NCBI GenBank assembly: GCA_963514005.1
Contig: OY740812.1
Coordinates: forward strand, 2,046,001-2,110,000
Reading direction: 5' to 3'
Origin: Raja brachyura
Taxonomy: Eukaryota
Length of the DNA: 64,000 nt
The position numbers were made by a program, and so were the translations under genes. Positions 1 to 11,699 of this stretch are shown in pieces. Numbering within the stretch: position 1 is the stretch's first letter; every line of letters starts with the position of its first letter. A model generated the notes under the pieces. That model did no database searches, was not told the origin of the DNA, and saw nothing but the letters and a program-made list of their open reading frames with translations.

Positions 1-99
1 TCTGGAGAAAAGGAAAAGGTGACGTTTCGCGTCAGGACCCTCCTTCGGTCTCAGAGATGCTGTCCAACCCACAGAGTTACTCCAGCTTTTTGTGTCCAT

Positions 100-335
100 C
101 TTGGTCTCACTGTTGTAGTGGAAGCCACAGCAAGAGCACCAAATGCAAGAGACAAGGTTCGAGAAGTGCACACGACTCTCTGTCTCACCTGGAAGGGCTG
201 GTGGTTGGTGCATCGGTGGAAGTGGAGGTACATGTGTTGCACCTCCCGCTGTTGCCGAGACATGCCTGGAGAGGGGAGGGAATGGGTGGGGAAGGATGGA
301 CGAGACCGTGGAGAGAGCGTTCCGTGCGGGACGAT
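100..335 (-). mobile_element. Degenerate Penelope-like retroelement, GIY-YIG endonuclease fragment
   Basis: Minus-strand translation across frameshifts gives RTERSLHGLV...GRCNTCTS...PFQVRQRVVCT..SNLVSCIWCSCCGFHYNSETK. This resembles the PLE motif RRDRSLRDSLV..RCNTC..FQVRQRFTCTSSNLVYCIxCxxCGLLYIGETK. Confidence 0.7.
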
Positions 336-725
336 GTATGAGATACCTGTATAAAAGAGACTTGTTTTGTCTGACAAATCGGATCAATTTTCCAAAATAT
401 GGTCTCCTTTCTTTGAATTTCTTCAACAACAGAATGGTTGAACACAAATTCAAAACGGATGCTAGGGTCGGGTGAGCGGGCGCAGGGAAGGGTAGTGGGA
501 TATACCTCTCCTTTTCTTTCCACTTCTTCGTTAGTTCAGGGGTTTTTCTTCTTTTCTTTTTCCTTTCTTCTTCCTTTCCCTTCTTTCCTTATTTTTTTCT
601 TTTTTCCGATTTACTTACTAGTTTATAAAATGTTAAAACTGAAGCTGTACGAAAATTGTTACGTCGATTACGTTCTCCTTGTACAATTGCTTCTAATAAA
701 ATAAATATTTAAAAAAATAAATAAA
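336..725 (+). mobile_element. L1/Tx1-like LINE 3' end with A-rich tail
   Basis: Reads DKSDQFSKIWSPFFEF (fish L1 ORF2 C-terminus-like), followed by a pyrimidine-rich UTR and an AATAAA...(A)n tail at ~695-725. Confidence 0.5.
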
Positions 726-769
726 GGCTAGGAAATATTTTGCTGTTACTTTCTGTACTAATAATCTGA

Positions 770-950
770 AACCACAGCAGGAACATTTACACAAAGTCAT
801 GGAGTTATTGAGAGAGTGGTCCCAGCGGAAAGCTGACAGGGAAAGTGACTGGTGGCGGGTCACAGGGAGAGTTGGCGGAAATGGTGAGGAATGATGTGCT
901 GGGTCTGAAGGCTGGCAGGGAGAAAGGTGACCACACCTGTCGTAAGCCAT
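770..950 (-). mobile_element. Second Penelope-like relic (RT-EN linker region)
   Basis: ORF 693..980(-) contains SPFPP...LSAFRWDHSLNNSM, resembling the PLE FPSPPLSAFRRDHSLRDSLV motif. Confidence 0.5.
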
Positions 951-1044
951 ACAATTTATAAAATGGTCAAAGATAGACACAAAATGCTGGAGTAACTCAG
1001 TAGGCAGCCAGCATTTCTGGAGAGAAGGGATGGGTCTTCTTTAA

Positions 1045-1720
1045 TGAAGGATATGCCTGCATTAGAGTCAGTGTTAACCAAGTCAATTGATTCTTTGGGT
1101 GAGAAGATTCAGCAGGTTTGGAATGTCCTAACTGGAGTTTAGAAGAATGAGAGGCGACTTCATTGAAATATGAAAGGTTGAGTGAAATTGATGGAGTTCA
1201 TGTCATTAGGATTTTAAAAAGGTGAGGAGGAACTACTTTAGTCAGAGGGTTGTTAATCTGTGGAACTCCTTGCCACAGAAGGCTGTGGAGGCGAAGACAG
1301 TAGATATTTTTAAGGCAGAGATAGATGAGGTCTTGATTAGAACGGGTGTCAAGGGTTATGGGGAGATGCAGAATAATGGGATTAGATGGCAGAGATCAGC
1401 CATGATGGAATGGTGGAGTAGACTCGATGGGCCGAATGACCTAATTCTACTCCTATGCCTTGTAATGTCTCCCTGCTGGACATAGCTTAGAACTAAGGGA
1501 TAGTCTTAGGATGAAAGGCTTTTGGAGGAGTTCTTTCCACAAGAAGGTTGGGAATCTTTAGAATTCCTTGCCCCAAAGACTTGTAAATAACACAACAATT
1601 AATATTTTCAGGGCTGAGTTGTGAGAATCAAGTAGGAAAATAAAATTCAGGCCCAATACCAAATCAGCCATGACCTTGGCGGTACAAGTTGAAGGGCCAG
1701 CATCTTTTTCTGCTGCCTAT
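1045..1720 (+). mobile_element. CR1/HER1-type LINE 3' fragments (two adjacent or nested pieces)
   Basis: MRRNYFSQRVVNLWNSLPQKAVEAKT is the typical CR1 ORF2 C-terminus. The 3' UTR hairpin GGGCCGAATGACCT follows, with a second decayed copy at ~1480-1720. Confidence 0.8.
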
Positions 1721-1721
1721 T

Positions 1722-1830
1722 CTTGCTAATATTAATTCCTCAGTCAACAGATTATCTGTTGATTGTAACATTGCTATTTGCAATATTAATCCCTCTGTCA
1801 GCAAATTATCCGATGATTATCACAATGCTA
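1722..1830. repeat. Degenerate 2x ~54-bp tandem duplication
   Basis: ttgctaatattaattcctcagtcaacagattatctgttgattgtaacattgcta versus ttgcaatattaatccctctgtcagcaaattatccgatgattatcacaatgcta. Confidence 0.6.
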
Positions 1831-2000
1831 CTTTGTTGTACCCAAATTGCCCTCGGTTTCAGCCCGAAACGTCGCCTATCTCCTTCACTCCTTAGGTGCT
1901 GCTGCACCCGCTGAGTTTCTCCAGCCTTTTGTGTACCCTGCCCTCATTACAACATTGGCAACAGTTCACAAATACCCTTAACCAGAGAGGAAGCATTATT

Positions 2001-2335
2001 GTTTAATTTAGTTTTGTTTAGTTTAGTTTAGTTTAGTTTAGAGGTACAGCATGGACACAGGCCCTTCGGCCCATTGAGTCCCCGCTGGCCAACGATCCCC
2101 ATACACTAGCACTATCCTACACACTGCGGATATTTTAATTTTTTTACCAAAGTCATTATACCTACAAACTTGAACATCTTTAGTATGTGGGAGAAACCCG
2201 AAGCACCCGGAGAAAACCCACGCGGTCACAGGGAGAACGTACAAACTCCATGCAGACAGCACCCGCAGTCAGGATCGAACCCATGCCTTTGGCGCTGTCA
2301 GGCAGCAACTGTACCGCTGCGCCACTGTGCCGCCC
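2001..2335 (-). mobile_element. HE1-type V-SINE (tRNA-derived), full length
   Basis: The minus strand begins GGGCGGCACAGTGGCGCAGCGG, has a B box GGTTCGATCC, the V-domain GCGTGGGTTTTCTCCGGGTGCTTCGG, a GGGCCGAAGGGCCTG hairpin and a (CTAAA)n tail. Confidence 0.9.
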
Positions 2336-2779
2336 ATTAGTGTGCTGTGAATGGTGCGATGGAAATGGTAGCCTTGTTCAGGAGAGGGCTGAACAAATGC
2401 CAGCTGAAAACAAAGTTACAATGGGAAAAAGACACTGACATCCAGATGCGAGTCTTCAGTCTATACAAGCAGGGAGATTAGAGTTGAGATGCAATGTCCT
2501 GATTCTAATGTTTCCCATTTATCTCGCTCAAGGAAAAATGCTAGCATATGTTGTCAGACTTGCAATCTGATCTCTGTCCAGTGCATAAGGCAGTTCAAAG
2601 AAAATGTTAACCACAAACAGTGCTGGTTGATTAGTGTAAATTCCATTCATTAGAATCTGAATTTCAAACAAATGATTATGTAAGAGGGAGAAATAGATAA
2701 TTGTCCGCGATACAGACAGGCCAGACATCAACGCATGTACTGGGATTTAGCAAAGCCCCAGCGAATATCTGTTTTAAGT

Positions 2780-2990
2780 AATAACTTGCATTTGTATAGC
2801 ATTTTATCAGTCTCAAAGTGCTTCACAAGCAATTAATGCCTTTTGAAATGCAGTCACTCTCTTGTTACATATGCAAACACTGTAACCAATTTGCACGTAA
2901 CAGTGTTCCAGATCGAGATAACTGCTCGGCTAACATGTTGCAGGTGGTGACAGTTGAGCAAAGAGGTTTAGTCGGAAAATTGGGACAAGG
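2780..2990 (-). mobile_element. Deu-SINE (SacSINE1/AmnSINE1-like) relic
   Basis: aacttgcatttgtatagc...caaagtgcttcacaagcaattaatgccttttgaaatgcagtcact...ccaatttgcac resembles the reverse complement of the Deu domain and tail. Confidence 0.6.
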
Positions 2991-3349
2991 TTCCGATCCA
3001 GTAACAAGAACAAGTACGTTTTGACCTGAATCAAATACTGGAAAGATCGTTTTTAATTCTCCAAAATACCATTCCCAAGTGTGTTGGAAGGAACTGCTGA
3101 TGCTGGTATACACTGAAGATAGACACAAAATGCTGGAGTAACTCAACGGGACAGACAGCATCTCTGGAGAGAAGGAGTGGGTGACATTTTTGGGTCGAGA
3201 CCCGTGTTGAGTTATTGACTGCACCCAAAGTCCTCCGCACAAGCTGAAGTTGAAGCAGGCTCTTCACTAAAGACAGAAGGAACTGCAGATGTCAGAATCT
3301 TAAACAAAACACAAAGTGCTGGAGGAATAAAAAATAATAGAGCCGTGTC

Positions 3350-4320
3350 TTTGGAAAGATGAAGAGAAATTTCTTTAGTCAGAGGGTGGTGAATCTGTGG
3401 AATTCATTGCCACAGACGGCTGTGGAGGCCAAGTCATTGGATACTAGACTAAGTGGGACCCATTGGGTCCCAGCTTCAAACAGGAGGGCTGGTCCCCCAG
3501 TGCAATATTCCACCTCTCCACCAATCCCAATATTGCTGGCCAGTGGAGGGGCGGGGGGTGGGGGGGTGGGGGGGGGGGGGGGGGGGGAGCGCTAGCATGG
3601 TGTTGTAGGCTGAAGGGAATGGTTTCCAGAGGGCTAGTATGGACATTGTGGGCCGAATGGATTATTGGGCTGGNNNNNNNNNNNNNNNNNNNNNNNNNNN
3701 NNNNNNNNNNNNNNNNNNNNNNNNNNNNNNNNNNNNNNNNNNNNNNNNNNNNNNNNNNNNNNNNNNNNNNNNNNNNNNNNNNNNNNNNNNNNNNNNNNNN
3801 NNNNNNNNNNNNNNNNNNNNNNNNNNNNNNNNACCATATATATGGCAGTAAACTTTCTTGAATACTCACACGGCTAAGCGCAGCCTCTCCACTTTGGGGC
3901 TTCCGCAATCAGCGTGACCTCTACACTCACCGGAAATTACGCAATCAGCGCGACCTGTCCACTAAGTGGAAGTCACGAAATGAGCGGGACTTTTGAACCA
4001 AACACAGTCGGACCTAATAAAGCATTGATTCCTTCCAAACACAGTCGAACCTAATAAAGCATTGCAGTTTCAAGCACAGGCAGGGCAGCAGGCCAAACAA
4101 CTCATGGCATTGCCATTAAGGGCTAACAAATCATTTATTGCAAGTACATTGCAGACTCACAGTTCAATGTGTCAACATCCGGAGGTTGACAGATTCTTGA
4201 TTAGTGTGTCAAGGGTTACGGAGAATGCAAGAGAATGGGGTTGAGAAGGAATGATAGATCAGCAGGATTGAATGGTGGAGTAAACTGGATGGGCCGAATG
4301 GCCTAATTCTGCGCCTATGA
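3350..4320 (+). mobile_element. CR1 LINE 3' fragment split by an insertion (pieces ~3350-3443 and ~4180-4320)
   Basis: MKRNFFSQRVVNLWNSLPQTAVEAKSLD breaks at 3443. The CR1 sequence (ggaggttgacagattcttgattag...gggccgaatggcctaattctg) resumes at ~4180. Confidence 0.75.
3444..4180 (-). mobile_element. Non-autonomous Helitron-like element; 3' terminus at 3444
   Basis: The minus strand ends TGGGACCC-AAT-GGGTCCCA (hairpin, 3454-3472), then CTTAGT-CTAG|T. Internal 36-bp-period tandem repeats lie at 3904-4064. The 5' end is undefined and there is a gap inside. Confidence 0.6.
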
Positions 4321-4959
4321 CCCAGATGCCGAACTGTAATTATATTGCCCTTTTGTCATTTTTCCTATTAATACATATTTACATTTGCTGGCAATAAAAT
4401 ACACGCATTTGCAATATATTTGTTTGCAATTTAACAGCTTAATTTGAACCCTAAAATAAATTAACTCACAATCTCATTTTCTATAACATATACATTCTGC
4501 GATTAAAGTTGAAATCTTCTCCGCAAACACAGAAGAGCTGCTACCACAGCATAATTACCCCGTCAGAGTATTAGATCACTGTGCTAGTGATAAGAATCAC
4601 ATGATTACAAGTATATTCATAATGAGCATCACATAAAGATGATTTAATTATAGTTTCCTTAAATCTCTGTAAGTGTTATGTCCAGAGCTGTCACAGTTAT
4701 TACTGGTTTAAGAGTCATATCAGTGATTTATGTGAGCCATTCTTGTCTTTGAAACTGCACGTCGCAGTTTAGTAGCGGTATTTGTTTTTGCAACATCAGC
4801 CAATGGCGGCCCAGATTTGCAGTCAGTTCTGCTCGGGTGCAGTCAGACAAAGAAAAAAACACCCCACACATAAGTTTCAATAGTTCCACACTGCTCCAAT
4901 CAGTCCAACGGCAACGCTGACAAATTTACGCTGCTCATTGTACAAAAGAAGGATGAGAG

Positions 4960-5595
4960 GGCTATCATGTCTTTCATAGTCTCGGGGCTTCCCAGGTACC
5001 TTGCGGCCATTGAAACACTTTGGAGTTGTAATCCCTGGTATGTTGTAGAGAGGGCGGTAATTAATTGTTGCACAGCAAGGTCCAACAAGGGGCAAACACA
5101 GAGTGACAAGGTTGCTGCTTTCAATGACGTTTGCTTGATGTTAAATATTGGCCAAACAGTTTCAGTTTAGTTTATTGTCACGTGTACCAAGGTACAGCGA
5201 CAAGCTTTTGTTGCGTGCTAACCAGTCAGCGGAAAGACAATACACGATTACAATCGAAGATAGACACAAAATACTGGAATAATCAGCATTCTTCACACTG
5301 AAGAAGGGTCCCAACCCGAAACATCACCTATTCCTTCTCTCCAAAGATGCTGCCTGTCCCGCTGAGTTACTCCAGCATTTTGTGTCTATCTTCGGTTTAA
5401 ACCAGCATCTGCAGTTCCTTCCTACACATGATTATAATCGAGCCATTTATGGTGTATACAGTGTACATGATAAGGGACTAACATTTAGTGCAAGGTAACA
5501 TCGGTAAATGCCAATCAAAGACGTGGAGGATCTTCCCTATTTCCCTTTGTAAAAGTGTCTTGCCACCTGGCAAGGAGCTCTCAGCTCTGGTTTGG
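4960..5595 (-). mobile_element. Deu-SINE relic interrupted by nested insertions at ~5160-5520
   Basis: ggccattgaaacactttggagttgtaatc...ttgcacagcaaggtccaacaag...aaatattggccaaaca, resuming at ~5520 as ggaggatcttccctatttccc...gccacctgg. Both pieces resemble the Deu domain. Confidence 0.55.
5258..5425 (+). mobile_element. Short dispersed repeat (Penelope pLTR-like, hammerhead-bearing) with 16-bp TSD
   Basis: ctgaagaagggtcccaacccgaaacatc...gatgctgcctgtcccgctgagttactccagcattttgtgtc, flanked by acacgattacaatcga (5242-5257) and acatgattataatcga (5426-5441). Confidence 0.75.
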
Positions 5596-5749
5596 AAAAT
5601 TTGGAGTTAACCCACTCCACACCCTTTAACCCCCCCCCCCCCCCTCCCCACCATCCACCCCCTCACCACCACCCATCCCAAACCTGAGATTTCAGAACCG
5701 AAAGGAATATATGACAGCACAGCACAGAAACAGGCCCTCCAACTGACAA

Positions 5750-6180
5750 TCGACAATAGACAATCGGTGCAGGAGGAGGCCATTCGGCCCTTTGAGCCAG
5801 CACCGCCATTCAATGTGATCATGGCTGCTCATCCACAATCAGTACCCCGTTCCTGCCTTCTCCCCATATCTCCTAACCACTATCCCTAAGAACTCTATCT
5901 AACTCTCTCTTGAAAGCATCCAGAAAACCAGTCTCCACTGCCCTCTGAGGCAGAGAATTCCATACACTCACAACTCTCTGTGTAACCAGGTTTGTCTAAT
6001 CTCTGTGCGAAAAAGGTGTCAAGTTATACTGGCTGCCTGTCATCCATTCTCTGTATATCCTAAAAGACACTTAAATGCCCCTTTCGCTTCTGCGTCTGCC
6101 CCCACCACTTGTAAAAACCTTGCACTGTGCACATCTATTGCCCCCTCTCACCTTAAACCTATGCCCTCGAGTCTTTGACA
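5750..6180 (-). mobile_element. CR1 LINE 3' fragments
   Basis: gcaggaggaggccattcggccc...ggcagagaattccatacactcacaactctctg is the reverse complement of the CR1 3' UTR and the RVVxxWNSLP region. Confidence 0.75.
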
Positions 6181-6276
6181 TCTGAGTCCATGATATTTGG
6201 TGATGCATCAGTACAGCGCCAAAGGACAACTGCATTCTCAAATTATATCGAAGTTTTGTCTAAATGTTTCCACAAC

Positions 6277-6372
6277 CAGTCTGAAGAAGTGTCTCGACCC
6301 GAAACGTCACCCATTCCTTTTCTCCAGAGATGCTGCCTGACCGGCTGAGTAGGCTCGAGCTTTTTGTGACGA
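6277..6372 (+). mobile_element. Short dispersed repeat copy with hammerhead-like core
   Basis: cagt-CTGAAGA-agtgtctcgaccc-GAAAC-GTC-acccattcc...gatgctgcctgaccggctgag. Confidence 0.8.
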
Positions 6373-7221
6373 TCCCCACTGTCCCGGCTAACACCTTTAG
6401 TGCATTACTACTCATAACTCGCATTGCTAGACATTTGGGGTGATTGATGTACATTAATTCTCTGGCCTCATTCTCTACAGTTCAACTGGCTGTAAACATG
6501 GTACGGCCCTGAAAGATCTTATATAAAGGCAGCTTCCTTGTTTTATTACTGGAGAGGCTATGTGTTTGGCATGAAATGTAGAGCATGAAATCCTTTTCAG
6601 CACAAAATAATTTTGTTGATATGTTAATGCCTTCGGAGGTAACTCCTCCATCTGTTATTTTAATGAAGGCATTAAATCATATAAAATGAGTGGGTAATTC
6701 CCTCTATTATCAAAGCGGAGAAGAGGGCTTCTCTCTGGTCATGTCACCCACCTATATAAATGATTCATTGAAGATTCAGTGCAGGCAATGCAAAATCCAG
6801 GGCAGGGTTTTCCCATCTTTAACACCGAAGCCACATGTAGTCTTTGAGCACTGGCAATTCATATTCTGAATCCTATTTGTATTATCCTAATTAAGTGGCT
6901 TGTCTTTTTAATTTTGTGGATTTAGAAATTTGGAGAGGGCCATTCACAGAGGCAATTTCATTGAGGGTTAATGACGAGGTTATATATGGGGCTAGATATT
7001 TCTCCAAGAGGAGAGACCAAAATACGAGGGACATAAATGGATAAAAACAACACAGTGATAAAATGAATAAGGAATTTAGAAGAAACTTTATTACCCAGGA
7101 CGTGATTTAAATGTGGGCACTGGAGCCCAGGACAGTGGTTATGGTTGGTCAAATATCTGCATCCAAAGGGAAGCTGAATAATTACTTGCAGGAGCAAGGC
7201 GAGAGTTAAACAAAATGGAAG

Positions 7222-7785
7222 CACAAGAAACTGCAGATGCTGGAATCTTGAGTAAAGCACAAAGTGTGGGAGTAACTCGACGGGTCAGGCCACATTAGTG
7301 GAGGGAATGGACGAATGAAGTTTCAGGACGGGACTCTTCTTCAGACTGATAGGGGTATGCGGGGGGGGGGGGGGGGCGGGGGGGGAAGGAGTGGAAAAGG
7401 GAGGTGGGAACCAAGGCAGTAACGGATATGATGATTGTCTGAAGAAGGGTCTTGGCCCGAAACGTAACCTGTACCTTCGGGGATGGGGCGTGATTATCAG
7501 ATGTGTGGAGTTAGTGACAAAGGGTAGAGATGAGAAGGAGACCATAGATTGTCAGATTGCCCAATTTTTCACCTCTAGACTACATCATTACTCCACCCAT
7601 CTGCCAATCACCTGCCTCACCCATATCTACCTATCACTTGCCAGACTTTGTCCTACCCCCAGCTCTTGTCCAGCTTTCTCTGCCCCCTACAGCTCTAAGT
7701 GTGAAGAAGAATCCCGACTCAAAACAACACTTGTCCATTTCCTCCATGGATGCTGCCTGACTAGCAGAGTTACTCCAGCACTTCA
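7222..7785. mobile_element. Cluster of the same short repeat / pLTR-like copies in both orientations
   Basis: Minus copy at 7222-7350, plus core at 7439-7466 (CTGAAGAAGGGTCTTGGCCCGAAACGTA), and a plus pLTR-like copy at 7560-7785. Confidence 0.7.
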
Positions 7786-7794
7786 GGGTTTTAT

Positions 7795-8097
7795 GGTGGC
7801 ATAGTGGCACAGTGGTCAAGTTGCTGCCTTACAGCACCAGAGACCCATGTTCCATCCTGACTACGGGTGCTGTCCGTTCAGAGTTGGTACTTCTTCCTGT
7901 GACTGTGTGGGTTTTCTCCAGGTGATCTGGTTTCCTCCCACACTCCAAAGTCGTGCAGGTTTGTAGGTTAATTGGCTTCTGAATATTATCCTTTGTGTGT
8001 AGGATAGTGTTAGTGTATGCGTTGATTGATGGTCGGTGTGGACTCGGTAGACCAAAGGGCCTGGTTCCATACTGTATCTCGAATGTCTAAAGTCGAA
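7795..8097 (+). mobile_element. HE1-type V-SINE
   Basis: ggtggcatagtggcacagtggtcaagttgctgccttacagcaccagagaccc...gtgtgggttttctccagg...gaccaaagggcctggttcc...ctaaagtc; homologous to the copy at 2001-2335. Confidence 0.85.
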
Positions 8098-8459
8098 AGT
8101 AACTGTGTTTTGAGTTGGACAAAATTGGGTTGGAAGAAGTTGCTTGGAGCAGGAGGCAAATGATTCAAATCTCTGCTGCAATAACTATGCGGTACATGTA
8201 GCTGCAAGGCATCTTTCATTATTGGCAGCCTCAGAGATGTATAGGTTAATGCAGATGTAGGTTTTTATCCGATTGAAGCAATTTGGGAATTTGTGTTTTA
8301 ATAAGGAAAGAAAAAGACAATTTAGTAAATGTGGTCATGAAGAATCCTTGTGAAGAATCCCACATTGTCCTCCAGAGGAATGAAAGGTGCTGCCTGGCAT
8401 TATTCCAACTCTTCAGCAATGAAGAAGGGATCCCAAACTGAAGCATAGCCTAATTATGT

Positions 8460-8897
8460 GCACAAAGGAACTGTAGATGCTGGTTTACACCAAAGGTAGA
8501 GGCAAAAATTCTGGAGTAACTCAATGGGTCAGGCAGCATCTCTGGAGAAAATAAATAGGCGATGTTTCGGGACGAGATCCCAAACATCACTTATTCCTTT
8601 TCTCCAGAGATGCTGCCTGACCCTCAGAGTTACCCAAGCATTGTGTGTCTACCATCACCTAATCATTCCCTCCCACAGATGCTGCCTGCTCCATTGTGTT
8701 AAAAAAAAGAAAATAGAAAATAGGTGCAGGAGTAGGCCATTCGGTCCTTCGAGCCAGCACTGCCATTCAATATGATCACTGCTCATCATCCAAAATCAGT
8801 TCCCCGTTCCTGCTTTTTTCCCGGATCATCCCTTGATTCCGTGTTCCTCCAGCACTTTGTGTTCCAGTCACAATCCCAGCATCTGCAGTTCCTTGTG
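8460..8897. mobile_element. Inverted-pair short repeat plus a CR1 3' end (8715-8840, minus strand)
   Basis: ggagtaactcaatgggtcaggcagcatctctggaga ... tctccagagatgctgcctgaccctcagagttac forms an inverted pair. gcaggagtaggccattcggtcc is a CR1 tail. Confidence 0.7.
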
Positions 8898-9299
8898 ACG
8901 CCACGTCACAGAGGCTGGTTCTAACTGTCCACTCACACTGCACCAGAACCACTGCAGAAATGGCTCAGGCAAATGGCTTGTGATATCCCTCTCAGAGCAT
9001 CGCAGGAGACGGCAGCCTTGCCACTGATTCCCCACTTGCCAAGATGAATACTAAAAAAATATTAAAAGCCATCTGAAAAAAATATACTGGAAACACTTAG
9101 CAGGTTGGGTGGCGGGGTGGGGCTGGAGGGGTAAGAAAACAGAGTTCCTGTTTCCAGGCTAACAACAACACCCCCTCTGTCTCCATCACCCTCCCGAACT
9201 CGTTTTCACCTGGACTAACTAACAAAGGCCTGATTCCTTCATCAGTGTTTTACTTTTTTTACAAATCGTTCATTCATTTGTCCATATCCCCGGATTCTC

Positions 9300-9410
9300 T
9301 CAGTCTGAAGTAGGGTCTCGATCCAAACGTCATCTATCCCTTTTCTCCGGAGATGCTGCCTGGCCCGCTGAGTTACTCCAGATTTTATTTCAGATTTCCA
9401 GCATCTGCAT
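9300..9410 (+). mobile_element. Short dispersed repeat copy with mutated hammerhead core
   Basis: cagtctgaagtagggtctcgatccaaacgtc...gatgctgcctggcccgctgagttactccag. Confidence 0.75.
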
Positions 9411-10299
9411 TCGTTTATTTCAAGGTTTGGCAATACCTGTGTGCCCACCAATGCAAACTCTTGGGAGGTTTTTGTTTTAAGTGTCTCACATGCCTCAAAT
9501 AGACGACCCCCCCCCCCCCTGAACATTGTGGATTTTTATCAACACTGTGGCTACACTCTTCCAATGCCTTCAACCAAATGTATTCAGTGGCATTTTAAAC
9601 CTCACCATATGCTCCGGTAATTAACCTCGTTGGTGATATCATTGCTGCAGTATTACCAGGAAATCATTCGCAGAACGTTACTAGGCAGCCTATATATTAA
9701 AACGGATTACATGATATTGTAATAAATATTTGTCCCACTACTTAAGAAAGGTCGTGACATGAATTTCTCAGAAACGCAAAAGGTAATCAAGTATTAGATT
9801 ACATCAAGCAAATATACTTGTTGGCTCCTTATCAAGAATCATTGATTGTCGAGTGAATGTTTTTTTATGTTGGTTCTAGATTTCTGGCTGACTGATAAAA
9901 CCCAATCTAGTGCGTTGACTTTATCGCTGTTGGTATTCAGATCTCTCACTTTAACAAGTGCCTGATGTGGGTTTAATGGCGTGCGCGCACGCCCAAAGTG
10001 CACAGCCTACAAATATGTTGCAAATCACATCTGGTTTTCTTCAAACAGGTTTTACTGAGTCCTAGCATTCATACAGAGATAACCTTTCAACCCAACCCGT
10101 CCGAGAAGGGTTTGAATTGTATTTTGACTCTGATAAAAGTTAGATAATAGATTTCCAAACGGAGGCAGCGAATACACAGAACACACTCATATTCTTCAAT
10201 CTCGGGGTTTAGAGAGTTCTATTCATGTTGTGTTATTCAATGAAATGTAGTTTGGAACATTATATAGACATTGTCCTGGCTCTGTATTCTGGGACAATG

Positions 10300-10302
<3 letters not shown>

Positions 10303-10346
<44 letters not shown>

Positions 10347-10350
10347 ATAT
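10303..10350. repeat. (TA)n microsatellite
   Basis: Directly visible in the sequence. Confidence 0.95.
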
Positions 10351-11699
10351 TAAAGTGATTGATATTATCTTCATGATCCATTGAAAGTTTTCGATGTGCT
10401 CTCTGAGGCAACCCAAGGTGCAAGTCTGGAGTGAGATCGCCAAGTTTGCCCGCAGTGAGCGAAACCTCATCAGCTCCTGACACTGGCTTTTACCGGCATT
10501 AGCAATGATTCATATCCTGGATTGCAGCTGTCTTGGTTTATATTCATTGCGGCTCGTGTTTCGCACCTGTAAGGTCACCATCAAATGTTCACGACTTCTT
10601 GTGATGATATTATGTAGTTGCGTAGGTTCCACCGCCTGCCAAATGCTTAACAACTGGCACCCGGCTGGAACTCCGAGAAAAACCTTTGGTCGAATTTTAA
10701 GCAATAACATACACTATTTGGCTGCACCCAGACTTAGAGTGTGCCCGTGTCTTTCTTTTATCTGAAAAACACCCCCCAAAAAATCCACGTTTTGTTCCAA
10801 TTGGTCTCAGAATTGAATCTGTTTCCTTGTCTCAAGTTGATCCTCAGATTAACAAGTAAAACTGACTGGACAAGGAACTGAATGTGGGACAACCGTAAAA
10901 CCTTCGAACATGTAAACAACAAACAGCTGCAGAGCAAAGCAACACAGACTGTTCTTTGGGTCACCATTTGTGCAGGGAATTTACTTAAATGGGATATCTT
11001 TTGATAAATTGGACCGTTATCATTATGCATTTTTAACAGTGGACAATTGATATATGAAAACATATGACTGTGCATTTGGATGGAATAAAGAATATCAATA
11101 AAGTTGGAAATGCGGTAGATGAAATACATATGTAAGTTTTTACCTACTTTGATTTTTATGTTGACGGTAATGTTTAAAAATGGCTGATAAACAAGTACCT
11201 ACTTGAAAATGAAGGAAGTTAAAATTGCAGTGATGTCACAAGGGATTGAAATGTCACTGGCTGTCTCTTGGTAAAGGAATACTAGACTCGTTTCTCTCTC
11301 AAATAAGCGAACGAAAAGTAAGATGAAAGCGTGGCTCCACTGTACACTGTTTCAGAGTATATTGTAAGGTAACTCTCCCCGTAAGGCTGGAATGAGGAAT
11401 TTCTAACAATTGAAAGATAACTACAGTGACCGGGTCAATAATAACAGATAACCTCTCCGGCCCGCTAATCCATAGCAATAAGAACGGTTGAGTTCCATTA
11501 TTGCGGGGATCTCCCCTGTATCAAGGTACGAATGAATGGTAGATGACATGGNNNNNNNNNNNNNNNNNNNNNNNNNNNNNNNNNNNNNNNNNNNNNNNNN
11601 NNNNNNNNNNNNNNNNNNNNNNNNNNNNNNNNNNNNNNNNNNNNNNNNNNNNNNNNNNNNNNNNNNNNNNNNNNNNNNNNNNNNNNNNNNNNNNNNNNN

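Noticed and set aside
3899-4064. Short regularly spaced repeats resembling a CRISPR array
   Set aside because: Vertebrate DNA, tandem units without unique spacers, and no cas genes. These are internal TE minisatellites.
10440-10476. Minus-strand CTGATGA...CAAAC hammerhead-like text
   Set aside because: It lacks the GAAA core (G12 missing) and a proper stem II/III.
10758-11129. ORF with signal-peptide-like MVTQRTVCVALLCSCLLF
   Set aside because: No recognisable homology, convincing splice structure or continuation. Probably a chance hydrophobic ORF.
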